A stretch of DNA of 64,000 nucleotides from Tubiluchus corallicola (lineage: Eukaryota > Animalia > Priapulida), in NCBI GenBank assembly GCA_030141605.1, contig JAQGDQ010001035.1:1-64000 (forward strand), in the 5' to 3' direction. Positions 12,270 to 26,200 of the stretch are shown piece after piece; within the stretch, counting starts at the first letter, position 1; each line of letters begins with the position of its first letter. The notes below the pieces were generated by a model, which searched no databases, was not told the DNA's origin, and saw nothing but the letters and a program-made list of their open reading frames with translations. A program made the position numbers and the translations under genes.

Positions 12270-13680
12270 GCAGTGCAGCAGTAACAGCAATAACAGTAAT
12301 AGCAAGAATAACAACAACAGCAGTGAGAGCCATAATAACAACATCAACAGCAAACAGAATAGCAAGAATGACAACAACAGCAAACAGAATAGCAAGAATG
12401 ACAACAACAACAACAACAGCAATGACAGCAATAACAACAACAGCAAACAGAATAGCAAGAATGACAATAACAACAACAACAGCAGTGACAGCAATAACAA
12501 CAACAGCAGTGAGAGCCATAATAACAACATCATCAGCAAACAGAATAGCAAGAATGACAACAACAGCAATGACAGCAATAACAACAACAGCAAACAGAAT
12601 AGCAAGAATGACAACAACAACAACAACAGCAGTGACAGCAATAACAACAACAGCAGTGAGAGCCATAATAACAACATCATCAGCAAACAGAATAGCAAGA
12701 ATGACAACAACAACAGCAGTGACAGCAATAACAACAACAGCAAACAGAATAGCAAGAATGACAACAACAACAGCAAACAGAATAGCAAGAATGACAACAA
12801 CAGCAATGACAGCAATAACAACAACAGCAAACAGAATAGCAAGAATGACAACAACAACAACAACAGTGACAGCAATAACAACAACAGCAAACAGAATAGC
12901 AAGAATGACAACAACAACAGCAGTGACAGCAATAACAACAACAGCAAACAAAACAGCAAGAATGACAACAACAGCAGCGACAGCAATAACAACAACAGCA
13001 AACAGAATAGCAAGAATGACAACAACAACGGTGACAGCTATAACAACAACAGCAAACAGAATAGCAAGAATGACAACAACAGCAGCGACAGCAATAACAA
13101 CAACAGCAAACAGAACAGCAAGAATGACAACAACAACAGTGACAGCAATAACAACAACAGCAAACAAAACAGCAAGAATGACAACAAAAGCAATGACAGC
13201 AATAACAACAACAACAGCAAACAGAATAGCAAGAATGACAACAACAGCAGCGACAGCAATAACAACAACAGCAAACAGAATAGCAAGAATGACAACAACA
13301 ACAACAACAACAACAACAACAGTAAACAGAATAGCAAGAATGACAACAACAACAGTGACAGCTATAACAACAACAGCAAACAGAACAGCAAGAATGACAA
13401 CAACAGCAATGACAGCAATAACAACAACAGCAAACAGAATAGCAAGAATGACAACAACAACAACAACAGTGACAGCAATAACAACAACAGCAAACAGAAT
13501 AGCAAGAATGACAACAACAACAACAACAGTGACAGCAATAACAACAACAGCAAACAGAATAGCAAGAATGACAACAACAGCAAATAGCAATAACAACAAC
13601 AGCAAAATCAAAACAGAAGAATGACAACAACAGCAGTGACAGTATACAATAACAATATAAAAAGGAATAGAAGAATGACA
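12270..13680 (+). repeat. Complex CAA/CAG-based minisatellite array
   Basis: Core ACAGCAAACAGAATAGCAAGAATGACA followed by variable (ACA)n and GTGACAGCAATA; unit about 51-63 bp. Confidence 0.95.
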
Positions 13681-13689
13681 ATAACGATG

Positions 13690-14200
13690 GAAGATAGTAA
13701 CATACAAACAAACGAAGGAAGAAAGGAACATACAAACAAACGAAGGAAGAAAGGAACATACAAACAAACGAAGGAAGAAAGGAACATACAAACAAACGAA
13801 AGAACAGACGAACATACATATAAAAGGAGGAGAAAAAGAACACGCAAACAAAAGAAAAAACAAATGAACATACCAACACATGAATGAACGAATAAAAAAT
13901 GAAACAAATAAAACAACAAACAAACAACGAACAAAAAACAAACACACACATAAACACATATAAAAAAGAATGAGCAAACAAATCAATGAAAGGAACAAGA
14001 AAAATAAACAAAGAAATGAGCAAAAATAAATGTACGTATAAACGAAGGAAGAAATCTAAAAAATGAACAAATATCAGATAAACAAATAAACACAGAACCA
14101 ACAAAAGAAATGATAAATGAATGAACAAACAAAGGAATGAATGCAGAGATGAACAGTAAACGGAAAACGAACGAACGAACAAATAATTAAACAAGAAAAT
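13690..14200. repeat. Low-complexity AAAC/GAAG/GAAT tract, present only on the left side of the palindrome centre
   Basis: ACATACAAACAAACGAAGGAAGAAAGGA repeats degrading into A-rich tetramers. Confidence 0.85.
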
Positions 14201-14929
14201 GAAAATTTAACACACATAAATCTCTATAATAATCATTTCATACCATTTTTGCACAAAATTATTGCTACGAAAAAATAAGCGCATTTATTCACCCTAAATG
14301 TATCATAAAGCGCTAAAAACTCGAAGAGAAATCTCAGATAAATAAGGAGCAATCTCATTAGCTGTTTTAACGCCGTGTGAAAGTAAAAAATTAATGCGCA
14401 AATAATGCTGGCATGGAAGGTTACCGCTATTGAGTATTGACATGCTCACAGCAACACGATTTTTTTCAACTTTGCCTCGACATTGACACTCTGAGCTCGC
14501 ATCGCATCATAGTAATCATTGAAGACGAAGTCAATGTCACTAGCATGTCAATAAATCTGTACCAGAAAAACGATGCTAAACCCCAGTGGCAAGGTACGTT
14601 CTATTTATAAAGTACGAGTTCGTACTGATACTAGTGATAGTGCACCAGCATAAATTAGTGTAGGATTGCTAATGAAGCAAAGGTCATTACCAAGTGAAAA
14701 AATAAAATTAGCTTTCTCAATGTCTTGAACCGCCATCATATTCAAATTATTTCCGCATTTGTGTTGTTGTGGATACAATATGACTGAACGGTGACATGGC
14801 TCAAGGCATGGACTTCTGAATGAAAATTTAAAAAGCTCCAACAATTAATAATTCATGATTATGCATCAGTAACAGTTATAGAAAATTTCATGATCTACTT
14901 GCTAGTGGAACTATTGCCGTTATTGATGC

Positions 14930-16560
14930 TACTATTGCTGTTACCATCGATGTTGTTGTTGTTGCCATTGCTCCTGTTGTTTAATATTGTTGTTGTTGTT
15001 GCTGTCACTGCTGTTGTTGTCATTCTGTTTACTGTTGCTGCTGTTGTTGTTATTGCTGTCTGTTGTTGTCTGTCTTGCTATTCTGTTTGCTGTTGCTGCT
15101 GTTGTTGTTATTGCTGTCACTGTTGTTGTTGTTGTTGTTGTTGTCATTCTTGCTATTCTGTTTGCTGTTGTTGTTGTTGTTATTGCTGTTATTGCTGTTG
15201 TTGTCATTCTTGCTGTTCTGTTTGCTGTTGTTGTTATAGCTGTCACTGTTGTTGTTGTTGTCATTCTTGCTATTCTGTTTGCTGTTATTGCTGTCACTGT
15301 TGTTGTTGTTGTTGTTGTCATTCTTGCTATTGTTTGCTGTTGTTGTTATTGCTGTCGCTGCTGTCATTCTTGCTATTCTGTTTGCTGTTGTTGTTGTTGT
15401 TATTGCTGTCATTGCTGTTGTTGTCATTCTTGCTGTTTTGTTTGCTGTTGTTGTTATAGCTGTCACTGTTGTTGTTGTCATTCTTGCTATTCTGTTTGCT
15501 GTTGCTGCTGTTGTTGTTACTGCTGTCACTGTTGTTGTTGTTGTTGTTGTTGTTGTCATTCTTGCTATTCTGTTTGCTGTTGTTGTTATTGCTGTCGCTG
15601 CTGTTGTTGTCATTCTTGCTATTCTGTTTGCTGTTGTTGTTGTTATTGCTGTCATTGCTTTTGTTGTCATTCTTGCTGTTCTGTTTGCTGTTGTTGTTAT
15701 AGCTGTCACTGTTGTTGTTGTCATTCTTGCTGTTTTGTTTGCTGTTGTTGTTATTGCTGTCGCTGCTGTTGTTGTCATTCTTGCTGTTTTGTTTGCTGTT
15801 GTTGTTATTGCTGTCACTGCTGTTGTTGTTGTCATTCTTGCTATTCTGTTTGCTGTTGTTGTTATTGCTGTCACTGCTGTTGTTGTTGTCATTCTTGCTA
15901 TTCTGTTTGCTGTTGTTGTTATTGCTGTCACTGCTGTTGTTGTTGTCATTCTTGCTATTCTGTTTGCTGTTGTTGTTATTGCTGTCACTGCTGTTGTTGT
16001 CATTCTTGCTATTCTGTTTGCTGTTGTTGTTATTGCTGTCACTGCTGTTGTTGTTGTCATTCTTGCTATTCTGTTTGCTGTTGTTGTTATTGCTGTCACT
16101 GCTGTTGTTGTTGTCATTCTTGCTATTCTGTTTGCTGATGATGTTGTTATTATGGCTCTCACTGCTGTTGTTGTTATTGCTGTCACTGCTGTTGTTGTTG
16201 TTGTTGTCATTCTTGCTATTCTGTTTGCTGTTGTTGTTATTGCTGTCATTGCTGTTGTTGTCATTCTTGCTATTCTGTTTGCTGATGATGTTGTTATTAT
16301 GGCTCTCACTGCTGTTGTTGTTATTGCTGTCACTGCTGTTGTTGTTGTTATTGTCATTCTTGCTATTCTGTTTGCTGTTGTTGTTATTGCTGTCATTGCT
16401 GTTGTTGTTGTTGTTGTCATTCTTGCTATTCTGTTTGCTGTCACTGCTGTTGTTGTCATTCTTGCTATTCTGTTTGCTGTTGATGTTGTTATTATGGCTC
16501 TCACTGCTGTTGTTGTTATTCTTGCTATTACTGTTATTGCTGTTACTGCTGCATTGCCGT
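14930..16560 (-). repeat. Inverted copy of the CAA/CAG minisatellite array
   Basis: TGTCATTCTTGCTATTCTGTTTGCTGT units; unit order and number differ from the left array. Confidence 0.95.
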
Positions 16561-18349
16561 TGTTAACGGTCTATGATAACAGCAAGACTAAGGGAGCATC
16601 AAGCATTAGGGCTCATGGTTACGTTTCTCTTTCTACTGCTGATGTTACCGTTGTTGTTGTTGCTGACAAACGCTTAACAAGAAAAGAACAATCATCAATC
16701 AACTGATATCTCGCGTACATCAATACTGCTAAAGAGTTAAGAAAAAAACGTCTCTTCTCTTTTAAATACAAAAAAATCACAAGACTAAAACGTTAATTGA
16801 CTAAACCCGGGCGCCTAGAGCATTCATCTTAAATTTGTCAATGAACTGACAAAAGGAAAAAAGTTTCTATATGCGATCAATACAAAAACATTTCGTTATA
16901 TTTTCGTTATTATCAATGTTATTTTCACCCCTTGTACTTCGCCCGCGCACCAGAGATAATTGTCTAGAATGTTGTCAATGACGTCACAAAAGCACGTGTC
17001 GCAAACACGCTGAACCAGGTGCAGCTTGCCTGTTGAAAAAAACTCTCCCGGTGCGTAAAAAATGTTTGCACAAGCTGCTAATGCCGTGTTCAGTTTGTTC
17101 ACCCTGGCGTAGAAAACACTCAGCTCGAGATGCTACAGTCTAAACAGCGCGCCATGTCTTACGAAACAGCAATAACTTATAGACAAACTGTATGACTTCA
17201 TTGTAGGTTGAATTTTGAACTTTGGATTTTGAATCAGTGGAGTAATTGAAATAAACTGCCTAGACATATTTAGATTGCTATAGTACGGTCAAACACACCT
17301 GAACTTAAGGTCCAGTTATCAGACTCATCAAGTTTATATTTAAGCCTGGGAATTATCCCCAAATCCTTCCAACTCATACCATGTGTTGCAAGTCGTGAAA
17401 CACTGATTGTTCAGGAGCATATTTCAGACAATTCAAAGAGTGACCACCTGCAGCCCTGCAATCATTTAATGTAGCGTATGAAGTGGGAGTGATGAGGGTG
17501 AAACGCAGAAACCCTTGAGGATCATCTCGCCCTTATCGAGGGTCTGGGGATGTAAATTTTGCCTCAGAAGTATTTGCCCTTTTGGGTAGCAAAAAATTAA
17601 AGCAAAAAAGGGCCGGGTTATGGCCTTTTGAGAACCCTCAGACGAAGCCACCCTCACTCGTCTCGAATATTTTTTACTTGTGATATATTTGCATAGCTGG
17701 GGCTTCAAAAAGGGGCCCTTAGTAAAATAATTGGTTAAAGTCTATTTATTCTTGTGGTTAGTGCTGCTTGCTGATTATTGTTGTTTATTGTGCGGCGTGT
17801 GAGGTAGCCACGATGGGCATGGCAAACTATAACAAGCAACACATTTATTAAACAACAAACACAACAATGCAAATATAAGAGGATAGTAATGCCAGCCCTC
17901 CGTCTTCAAGTCAGTTCCTAATCTCCCCCGAAGTGCGGGCCTTAAACCACTTTTGTCTAACTACCTAATGCGCCGTGAGCTTCTGCGCATAAGGATTACA
18001 TCATCAATCTTTACTTCTGAGTCAGCCGGTCGAACATGAGCTGGTCACGTGATGTCACACCTAACTAGGCTTCTACCCACGATGATAGTTTAATCTTGCA
18101 TCGTCAAGCATTTAATCTTGAATTATTAATTTAATAATTTAATCACCAATTTAATCAAAATCATTATTTAACACAGCTTTCATTTACTCCCTTATCTCAA
18201 ATAGAAAGGCCTCAAACAGCGATCCTTTACGTCACAAGGGGAGACACTTTCAAACGATCAACGTTTACTTTCAACTTTGATACTTTTGCACGTGTAAGAG
18301 TCGGCAGGTCTGCAGTCTGCACCTGTTATACTTTACCAACGTCTATCAT

Positions 18350-18839
18350 CTACCACCAAATCACGTTGAAAACACCAGTTCTCGTCTGATCACCGAAGTT
18401 AAGCAACGTAGAGCCTGGTTAGTACTTGGATGGGTGACCACCTTGGAATACCAGGTGCTGTAGGTTTGCGGGATGCCCACACTGTATCTCGACACTAGGC
18501 AGAGGAGCTGCAAAAGCAGCCAACGGCTAGAGGGTGGAGGAGGTCATGTGACCCAACGGCCATGTGTAGAGGAGTAAACCTTCCAAATCAGGAGTGGAGC
18601 CCCGAAGACGGACCAGTGCCGCATGCTCACCAACTCCGGCAGCTCCTGCAGCCAACCTGGTGCCAAACGTATCGCTCTGCTTTCCTTTGGACTACACCAG
18701 GGTGGAAGAGAGGGGGTTCCTGTTGTCTGAGCAACTCAGGATCTCCATACACCTTGCCCAGGCGTGTGCCCTGGAGACGTTCAAGGATCGGACTCTCTTG
18801 GCGCACATTCCATTGTCTTCCGAGACAGAAGGATGCCAA
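18350..18839 (+). mobile_element. 5S-derived SINE (mirror of 9988-10477)
   Basis: Reverse complement of the left-arm copy. Confidence 0.9.
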
Positions 18840-21800
18840 AGGGCAATCATCTACCGATACTACTGTACTTTTTCTGTTCTTCCGAATGATCAAAGTGTTC
18901 GTGTCGTATCAACTATTAATAAAATTTCAGATATGACTAAGATTTGCAAAACAGCGAGAAATTCAAGACCATTTATAAACTCCTGATAAATTTCCTATGT
19001 GGTATTTCAGACTAAGTTTAAACTTTATTGAGTTTTAGGAAGCTCTGCATTCATGAAATGAAATGTCTTGTCTTTTTACTGTTATCATTACAGGTGGCTT
19101 GTACGGAGCAAAAAATAGTGAAAAAATTACCAAGCAATTGGAAGTGTTGAAGTGTTAGATTCGTTGAGTATCACTGTGTAAATGTACATATGCATAGTGC
19201 CATTCAGTCGTGAAAATGATGTTCTAGATAGTATATCAGCAATTAGCTGCAGCAGCAAAGGCAATACCAACAACATCATTGTCATCATAATCATCATCAG
19301 CAGCAGCAGCAGCAACCAGAGGAAGCCATGACAACACGCGGAAGGGAAGCAGCAGTCAAAGCAAAAGCAACAACAACAACAGCAGCAGGAAAAATAATCT
19401 CAACAATTGCATCATTACCATCATCTCATCATCATCATCACCATCATTATCATCGTCGTCTTCATGATCAGCAACATCAGTAGCTGTACTTAGCACGGGC
19501 ATGACGTACAATCTAGTGGCAGCAGATTGCAACTGAAGTTAAAGAATACTGGATCTCCTTGGTAAACGGATGGGTGACTACTAGATTCGGGACCGCACTG
19601 CATTAAAAAGGAACAACAATAATGACCATCACAGCAACACATTTACCGTTATCTACTGACAACGCCCCCCCCCCCCACAAGCCACTAACAAAAACAATCA
19701 TGCCACAACCATGCACGTGTAATTCTGCAGTGTGCAGGGTAAATTATCTTCAAATTCAGCCAGAAGCAAATATTTCTGCCACATTTACAATTGAAAGCAA
19801 TCATTATCTTGACATGAGCATTAGACAGATGCACATGTATGTACCTTTATTTTAACATTCCACTGATAAAAATTCAATTGTTCTTTTGACATTAGACTAA
19901 ATTTAGCCCCTGGATAAGACAGGATTAAAAATATGAGCTACAAACAACATGTTCCTCGGGCAATTCAAAAAGCAGCCTATCAATTTAAAAGACAGAATGT
20001 CAGCTAAATTTATCTCCATTATCACATACATTATAATTCAATTTTGTAACATTATAAAACTTCAGCATTCCATTGGTAAAAAAGTAAACACATTTCTTTG
20101 ATAGTATAACTTCAAAAGATGTAGAGGGCGCTGTACACTTTGGGCCTTAAGCCATTCAATATGCAGTTTATTAATACGTTGCCTACTGGCTAAATTTAAT
20201 AATAAACTGGATTTAAAAACTTATTTTAAATTTTGCTATTTTTATTTATTTTAGATGTCTGATAAGAGCAAACAGATGTTCTGGTTAAAAAAAGCAATGT
20301 TCGCATTTGTCTTGCTGTCTACACTAGGTGGATTGTTAACGCATTACTGATCTTGGTGGCTTGGTAGATTTGTGCTTAAACACATCCGACTACTACGATT
20401 TCTTTGTACGTTTCTGGATGTTTTACTGTAACAGTAGGCGGAAGCTGCAGCATCTGTTCCGGCTTTCACAATTCTGGGTTCAGCTTAAATGTTGTCACAG
20501 CAAAAAACCAGAACAAGTTCGCTTGACAAATTAATGTAGCAACATGGCAGAAGGTTGTCTCAGGTGAATCATGTGCACCGGAATCATCTTAAGCTGCAAT
20601 GTTAACTGAAATATAGGAGGTCAGATCAAAATACAAGAGCATGAATATGCTTGGATGATTTGGTCAGCAGCAGCAACACCACCTAACGTAACTGACCAAA
20701 CGTTTTCAAATATTGCAAGCATATGTGATCATTTTCATGGCACACCGTAAAATGAATTCACATAGCCAGCATGTAGTGTGAATGCGTGCACGACTAGTCA
20801 AAGCACTTAAAAGTGTGAAACTGCCTATAACAAGTCACAAGCTTCCCTTTCCTCACTTTTTGCAAACACCAAAGTTTATGACAAATCGCTTCCATGGACG
20901 GTGTCATTAATTGTGTCAAACGACAACAAATAAGTTTCAAAAAACAAACAAAAAACTTCAAGCAGTAAACAACAAACAACACATTTCGCTCAACGAACAA
21001 CAAACAACAAGCTTCACACGGTAAACAAAAAAACACAAACAACAAACTTCACAAGGTAAACAACAAACCACAAGCTTCACACGGTAAACAACAAAACACA
21101 AACAACAAACTTCACAAGGTAAACAACAAACCACAAGCTTCACACGGTAAACAACAAACCACAAGCTTCACACGGTAAACAACAAACAACACGTTTCATG
21201 CAACAAACAACAAAATGTGAGCAACAGGATAAATTCTAATGACATCACATCGATCATGCATTTCACATAACACCATTACATCAATTACGAGAAATATGTG
21301 ACTCTTTCTAGTCCCAATGAGCATATAAAATAGCTAATACAGCCCATCCAACATTATCATCACTGTTATATAATCTTCCCATATATTACAATGGCTTCAA
21401 GGCTAGCAGAACAATAGCCAGCTGACCTGGTCAAAGCTATACCAGGTCAACCAATCAAACTCCCACTTATTTTAACATTTTCAATAATTACACGATGAGA
21501 AACGGCACCACACAAATATGTATACCCAGCTTATTTAAAGCTTTGCTTACAATGTAAAGGAATATGTTAGTGTCCAGTCAAACTTTTGCAGTATAATGAC
21601 ATCAATTCACATAGGGCAGTGAAATAGTTTTTTTTCACTTTAACCCTTTCATACCTGTTGTATCCCGTGGGATACGAGAATATTTTCTGCCTTTAAAATT
21701 AATAAAATTTTAAAACTGACAGTTATTTGATCTGTTAATAGTTATTTTGATTTAAGCTAATAACAAGAGACTAAAATGGTGATAAAATGGTAAACTAGAA

Positions 21801-23262
21801 AATCTACATAGCATAAAAAACTGCTCAAGGTACAGTACTTTAGAGACGACTTTGTACAGATCAGTATAGCATGCATACTAAATGTCTTAAATACTTTAAA
21901 AAATTATCAACAGTTGCAAAATGAAGCACATTTTTTGCTTCCATTGAATCCCATTGTATCCTGTGGGATACAGGCTATATTTAGCACGTGGGCACAGGTA
22001 GAAAAATATAATTATTATGTGTAAAGAAGATGGATATACTGAACAAAAGTACCAAATCAAAAAAAATTTTCTTATTAAAAAAATAATTTGGGACTGAAAG
22101 GGTTAAAAAACTATCAATTATCAATAACAGTTAAGCACCGGCATACTAATCTACTTAGCTAATCTAATAAGTTAAGCTAATCTAGTCTAATTAACAGACC
22201 ATCTTTTGATGAAAAATTTAATCTTGTGTGATTTTATTACCATTCTGTGCTGATTCCCAGGCTAAATTGTTAACCAAAGCTATGTTAATACCTGTTTTTC
22301 TGGAATTTACAAAGCCGTGTAAGCACACAGTGGAAAAATTTGAATTGACACTATCATATGAACGGAATGCCGCTTTGCTATGTTGCATACATAATCAAAT
22401 ACCACTGATCCTTATCACAGACTAAAAACTCAAATATATTAATTTTGATGTATCAACACATTTGTATGCTAAAACATCGTGACCATAGTTCTGAATTTTG
22501 TTAACAGGTGTCACCACCGCCATTAATGTTAAGAGTTTCAGTGTACGTTCGGTAATAGAGGGTTTCTAAGAAACACGTTACATAAATACCAATAATTTAG
22601 CTACGTGTATGGAACAGAATAGCATGATTATTACTTGATGGTGTGGGTCAGAAAAACAAAAATTTGATTAATTACGCTGCTGTCCCTGTCGTAATCCATT
22701 GCGTTGCTGGCTATGTCAATTTTTACATTTCTATAGTTCACGTTACTTCATACAGATACCATCACATCTTCTTTCTATTTTCTATTAACCTTTCTTCTAT
22801 TCCTTTAGTGCTCTTTTTCATTACACTCAGTCCACATTCATTTGGGGTGCTTTAAACAAGTAATTACTTCTTGAGTACCCCACGGGTCATTTGCGGCTTG
22901 GCATCTTGCGCACATAATAATAACTATGTTATTAAATACTTTTATGTACAATGCTGTAATGATCATTGTGGATATATTTAATAAATAAATAAAAAAATGC
23001 AGAAATTCAAAACATTGGCTCAAGACAATGATTACAATATGATAAAACGTTGTTCAAATATGTTGCAAAAATATGTGAAAATTTATTATTTGATCACATA
23101 TGCAAATTAGCCTAATGGTTATAAAAGTGGAAAACATTTGACTATGGTAAAAATCATTTTTTTAATCTTCTGATGATAAAGTTACTTTAGAAGCATAAAC
23201 TGACGATGTAAAAAAAGCTTGATAAAGCAAAATTTCAGTCTGTACCCCTGGAATGGATGTAC

Positions 23263-26200
23263 TCAATAAGCTAAAATTCTCTGGAGTAGTGTGTCCCTGA
23301 TATCGGTCATATGAAGCTTTTCCTAAACAAACACATAAAAATAAATACGCAATAACAGTACTGTAATGTTGGGTTAGAATACACACAGTGTTTCGTAACA
23401 AAACAAACAAAATGCTGATTTAAATTAATGGTAGTTTGTGTTACAGACTTGGAACTTTGGTCATTAATAAAACACAATTAGTCTCCAAGATTCATAGTAG
23501 AGCGTTCTTATAGTAAAACATATGCTCTTTTTACTGGCTTAGCAGATTTATTCCTCTTCGAATTGAACGTTATTCAGAGTTATTGAAAGAACAGTCGGGT
23601 ACAACAAATACTAAATGCAATTGCATTCCATATAAGCAATCTCTACTTCAAGCAGCTGCACACAAAAAGTGACGAAATTCAACACAAACAATTTAAACTA
23701 TTACAAGCTGCACATTTTTAAGCATCACATGGGTTTATTTCGTTACCCGATTTCAGGATGTTTCCAGAGATAAGAAAACTTCGCCGATAGCTGAAAATAT
23801 TAATCAAAGTTTAGCATATTTACCTTAAGAGTTGTATCTCGACTTCGAAGATAACAGATTCCTGTTGTTAACGAGTTGTCATTGATGATGAGGCAATATG
23901 GAATTCCCATTTCGTCATATCTAAAAAACATGTATTAACTTGTACAGTCTAGCCTCGTTATCTCGCCACTGTCAGTCTAAACCTTCCAAATCAGGAGTGG
24001 AGCCCCGAAGGCGGACTGTTCACTGACTCCAAATCACGTTCAAAACACTGGTTCTCGTCTCATCACCGAAGTTAAGCAACGTAGAGCCTAGTTAGTACTT
24101 GGATGGGTGACCGCCTAGGAATACCTGGTGCTGTAGGCTTGCGGGATGCCCACACTGTATCTCGACACTAGGTGGAGGAGCTGCACAAGCAGCCAACAGC
24201 TAGAGGACGGAGGAGGTCAAGTGACCCAACGGCCGTGTGTAGAGGAGTAAACCTTCCAAATCAGGAGTGGAGCCCCGAAGGCAAGACCAGTGCAGCATGC
24301 TCATCATTGACTCCGGCAGCTCCTGCAGCCAACATGGTGCCAAACGTATCGCTCTACATTCCTTTGGACTACACCATGGAGGAAGAGAGGAGGTTCCTGT
24401 TGTCTGGGCAATTCAGGATCTCCATACACCTTGCCCAGGCATGCGCGCTGGAGACGTTCAAGGATCGGACTGCTCAGCCACAGTCGACGCTGCAGCTCCA
24501 TCAATGTGATCAATAACTGACTCTCTTGGTGCAAACTCCATTGTCTTCTGAGACAGAAGGATACCAACAACAACAAAAGTAACACAGAGGGTAAAATTAA
24601 AGGTTCTATGATAATTATTACAAACAGGAGATCAGAGTTTAAAAAATCAGGCATAAGAAAGACGTACTTGATAAATTGATTCTCTAACGAAGTGCTGGAA
24701 CTTTCCCCACTCTGCCACACAGATATATCAGCTTCTCGTAGTTCCTTTCCCAAATACTCGGAGAGTTCCCGCAATTCTCGACCGGCGCTACCAGACACAG
24801 CCACTGCAGTTTTGTACGGGGCAAGTCGTGGGTGCAACTGTAGAACCTGCATTAAGACTAAAATTGAATTAAAGTTCATTTACTGCATTTAGACTTGAAT
24901 GAAGATTGATTTTGAAATGGCTTCAATAGGCGACAGATTCGTCAGGTGGATGACCACTGGTGACGATGACGATGATGAGAATGCAAAATCTGACGAAGAT
25001 GACAACGGATCTGATGACGATGACGTAAATTCTAACGAAGAAGAACATATGGCTGTCACAAGTTATACAGCTAACAACGATGGTAAGTAAGTAAGCAAGT
25101 AAGTAAGTAAGTAAGTAAGTAAGAAAGTAAGTTTATTAGTTTATCACCATTTTTAAAATAGCAAAATACACAACTAAGAGATTTATTAATCTATACAACA
25201 TACAATAATATTACAAAGTGCAAAAGTAATTATTGATTAGTGGTGAAAGGGTGGCGAAAGAACTATAAGTTATCGAGGTCAGCCACCCTCTCAGGATTGT
25301 TACTAATATAATTAATCAGTTAATGCGCATGTACCAGGTAATTAAAAATTTGCATTTAAGACCAATGAAAATTGAATTGTTATATGAATGTGTTAGTTTA
25401 TAATAAAATAATGTTCAATAATGGGAAAGAAGAGACACACGTGACTATCTTTAAATAATAATTTAACCATTACGTATTTAAAATTAATGTTATGAGGACC
25501 AAATGTTATTAAGAACAAAAACAATGAGCTCTTATCCTAACATCTTCAAATAAACCACAATTTTTATTTGTCAAACAGCTCTAATTAAGTAGGGGATTCG
25601 ATCTAGCAATACCTTGATACTAGCCAAATTTATTCCCTGGCAAAGAATAGATAAGCAGTTCCTCTAGGTTTTTTAAGCAAGAAGAACAGAACGAAATACC
25701 GGATATTTTCTAGGACCCAAAATATTCAGCTGCATTTTTTTGCAGTGTAAAGAAAATGCATTGAAATTGAGCGCTAACTCAATTTTACTTACTTCTCTTA
25801 TGCTAGAGTTGCCCTTCAAGTCTGATCGCTGTTTTTCATGATAAGCATCAAGAAGGAACGCAAGCATTGCTGCCTCTAGTGTGGTTTTAGTCAAAATCAG
25901 ATGAGGCGTAACCAGTTTTCTTCCATCTTTGACCTAAGACAAAAAATCAATAATCAGCGTGGTGGACATCAAGCAAAAATTCCTAAAGAGACAAATACCA
26001 TTTCTTGCACAACTTGTTCAAAAGAAACGAAACACAAAGACACCTAATTGGCCTAATTTCATAGTCAACTGTGTTTAAACAGTGAAAGTTTAACAATAAA
26101 TTTTATGCTAGCATCGCGTATCTCCCATCTTCTGGGACACATAGTGAGTTCACTTTAGCTAGTTTCCAGAAAAATGGGAAAAACCGTTTTCACTCGCAAA

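Larger units (their letters stand above)
1..13560 (+). repeat. Left arm of giant inverted duplication (probably extends upstream of the window)
   Basis: Reverse complement of ~15100-28862. Position 1 GAAAAAATTACAAGATTCTG mirrors 28862, and the ORF track is mirrored (3978-4553+ vs 24304-24879-; 9841-10233- vs 18594-18986+). Inner boundary lies in the CAA array and is approximate. Confidence 0.97.

Noticed and set aside
12270-16560. CRISPR-like look of a constant core with variable intervening sequence
   Set aside because: The 'spacers' are only CAA-length variants, not unique sequences; the context is eukaryotic with no cas genes.
12121-16706. Long ORFs (255-625 aa) rich in Leu, Val, Cys or Thr as real genes
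   Set aside because: They are overlapping frames of a triplet minisatellite with no recognisable domain or splice structure.
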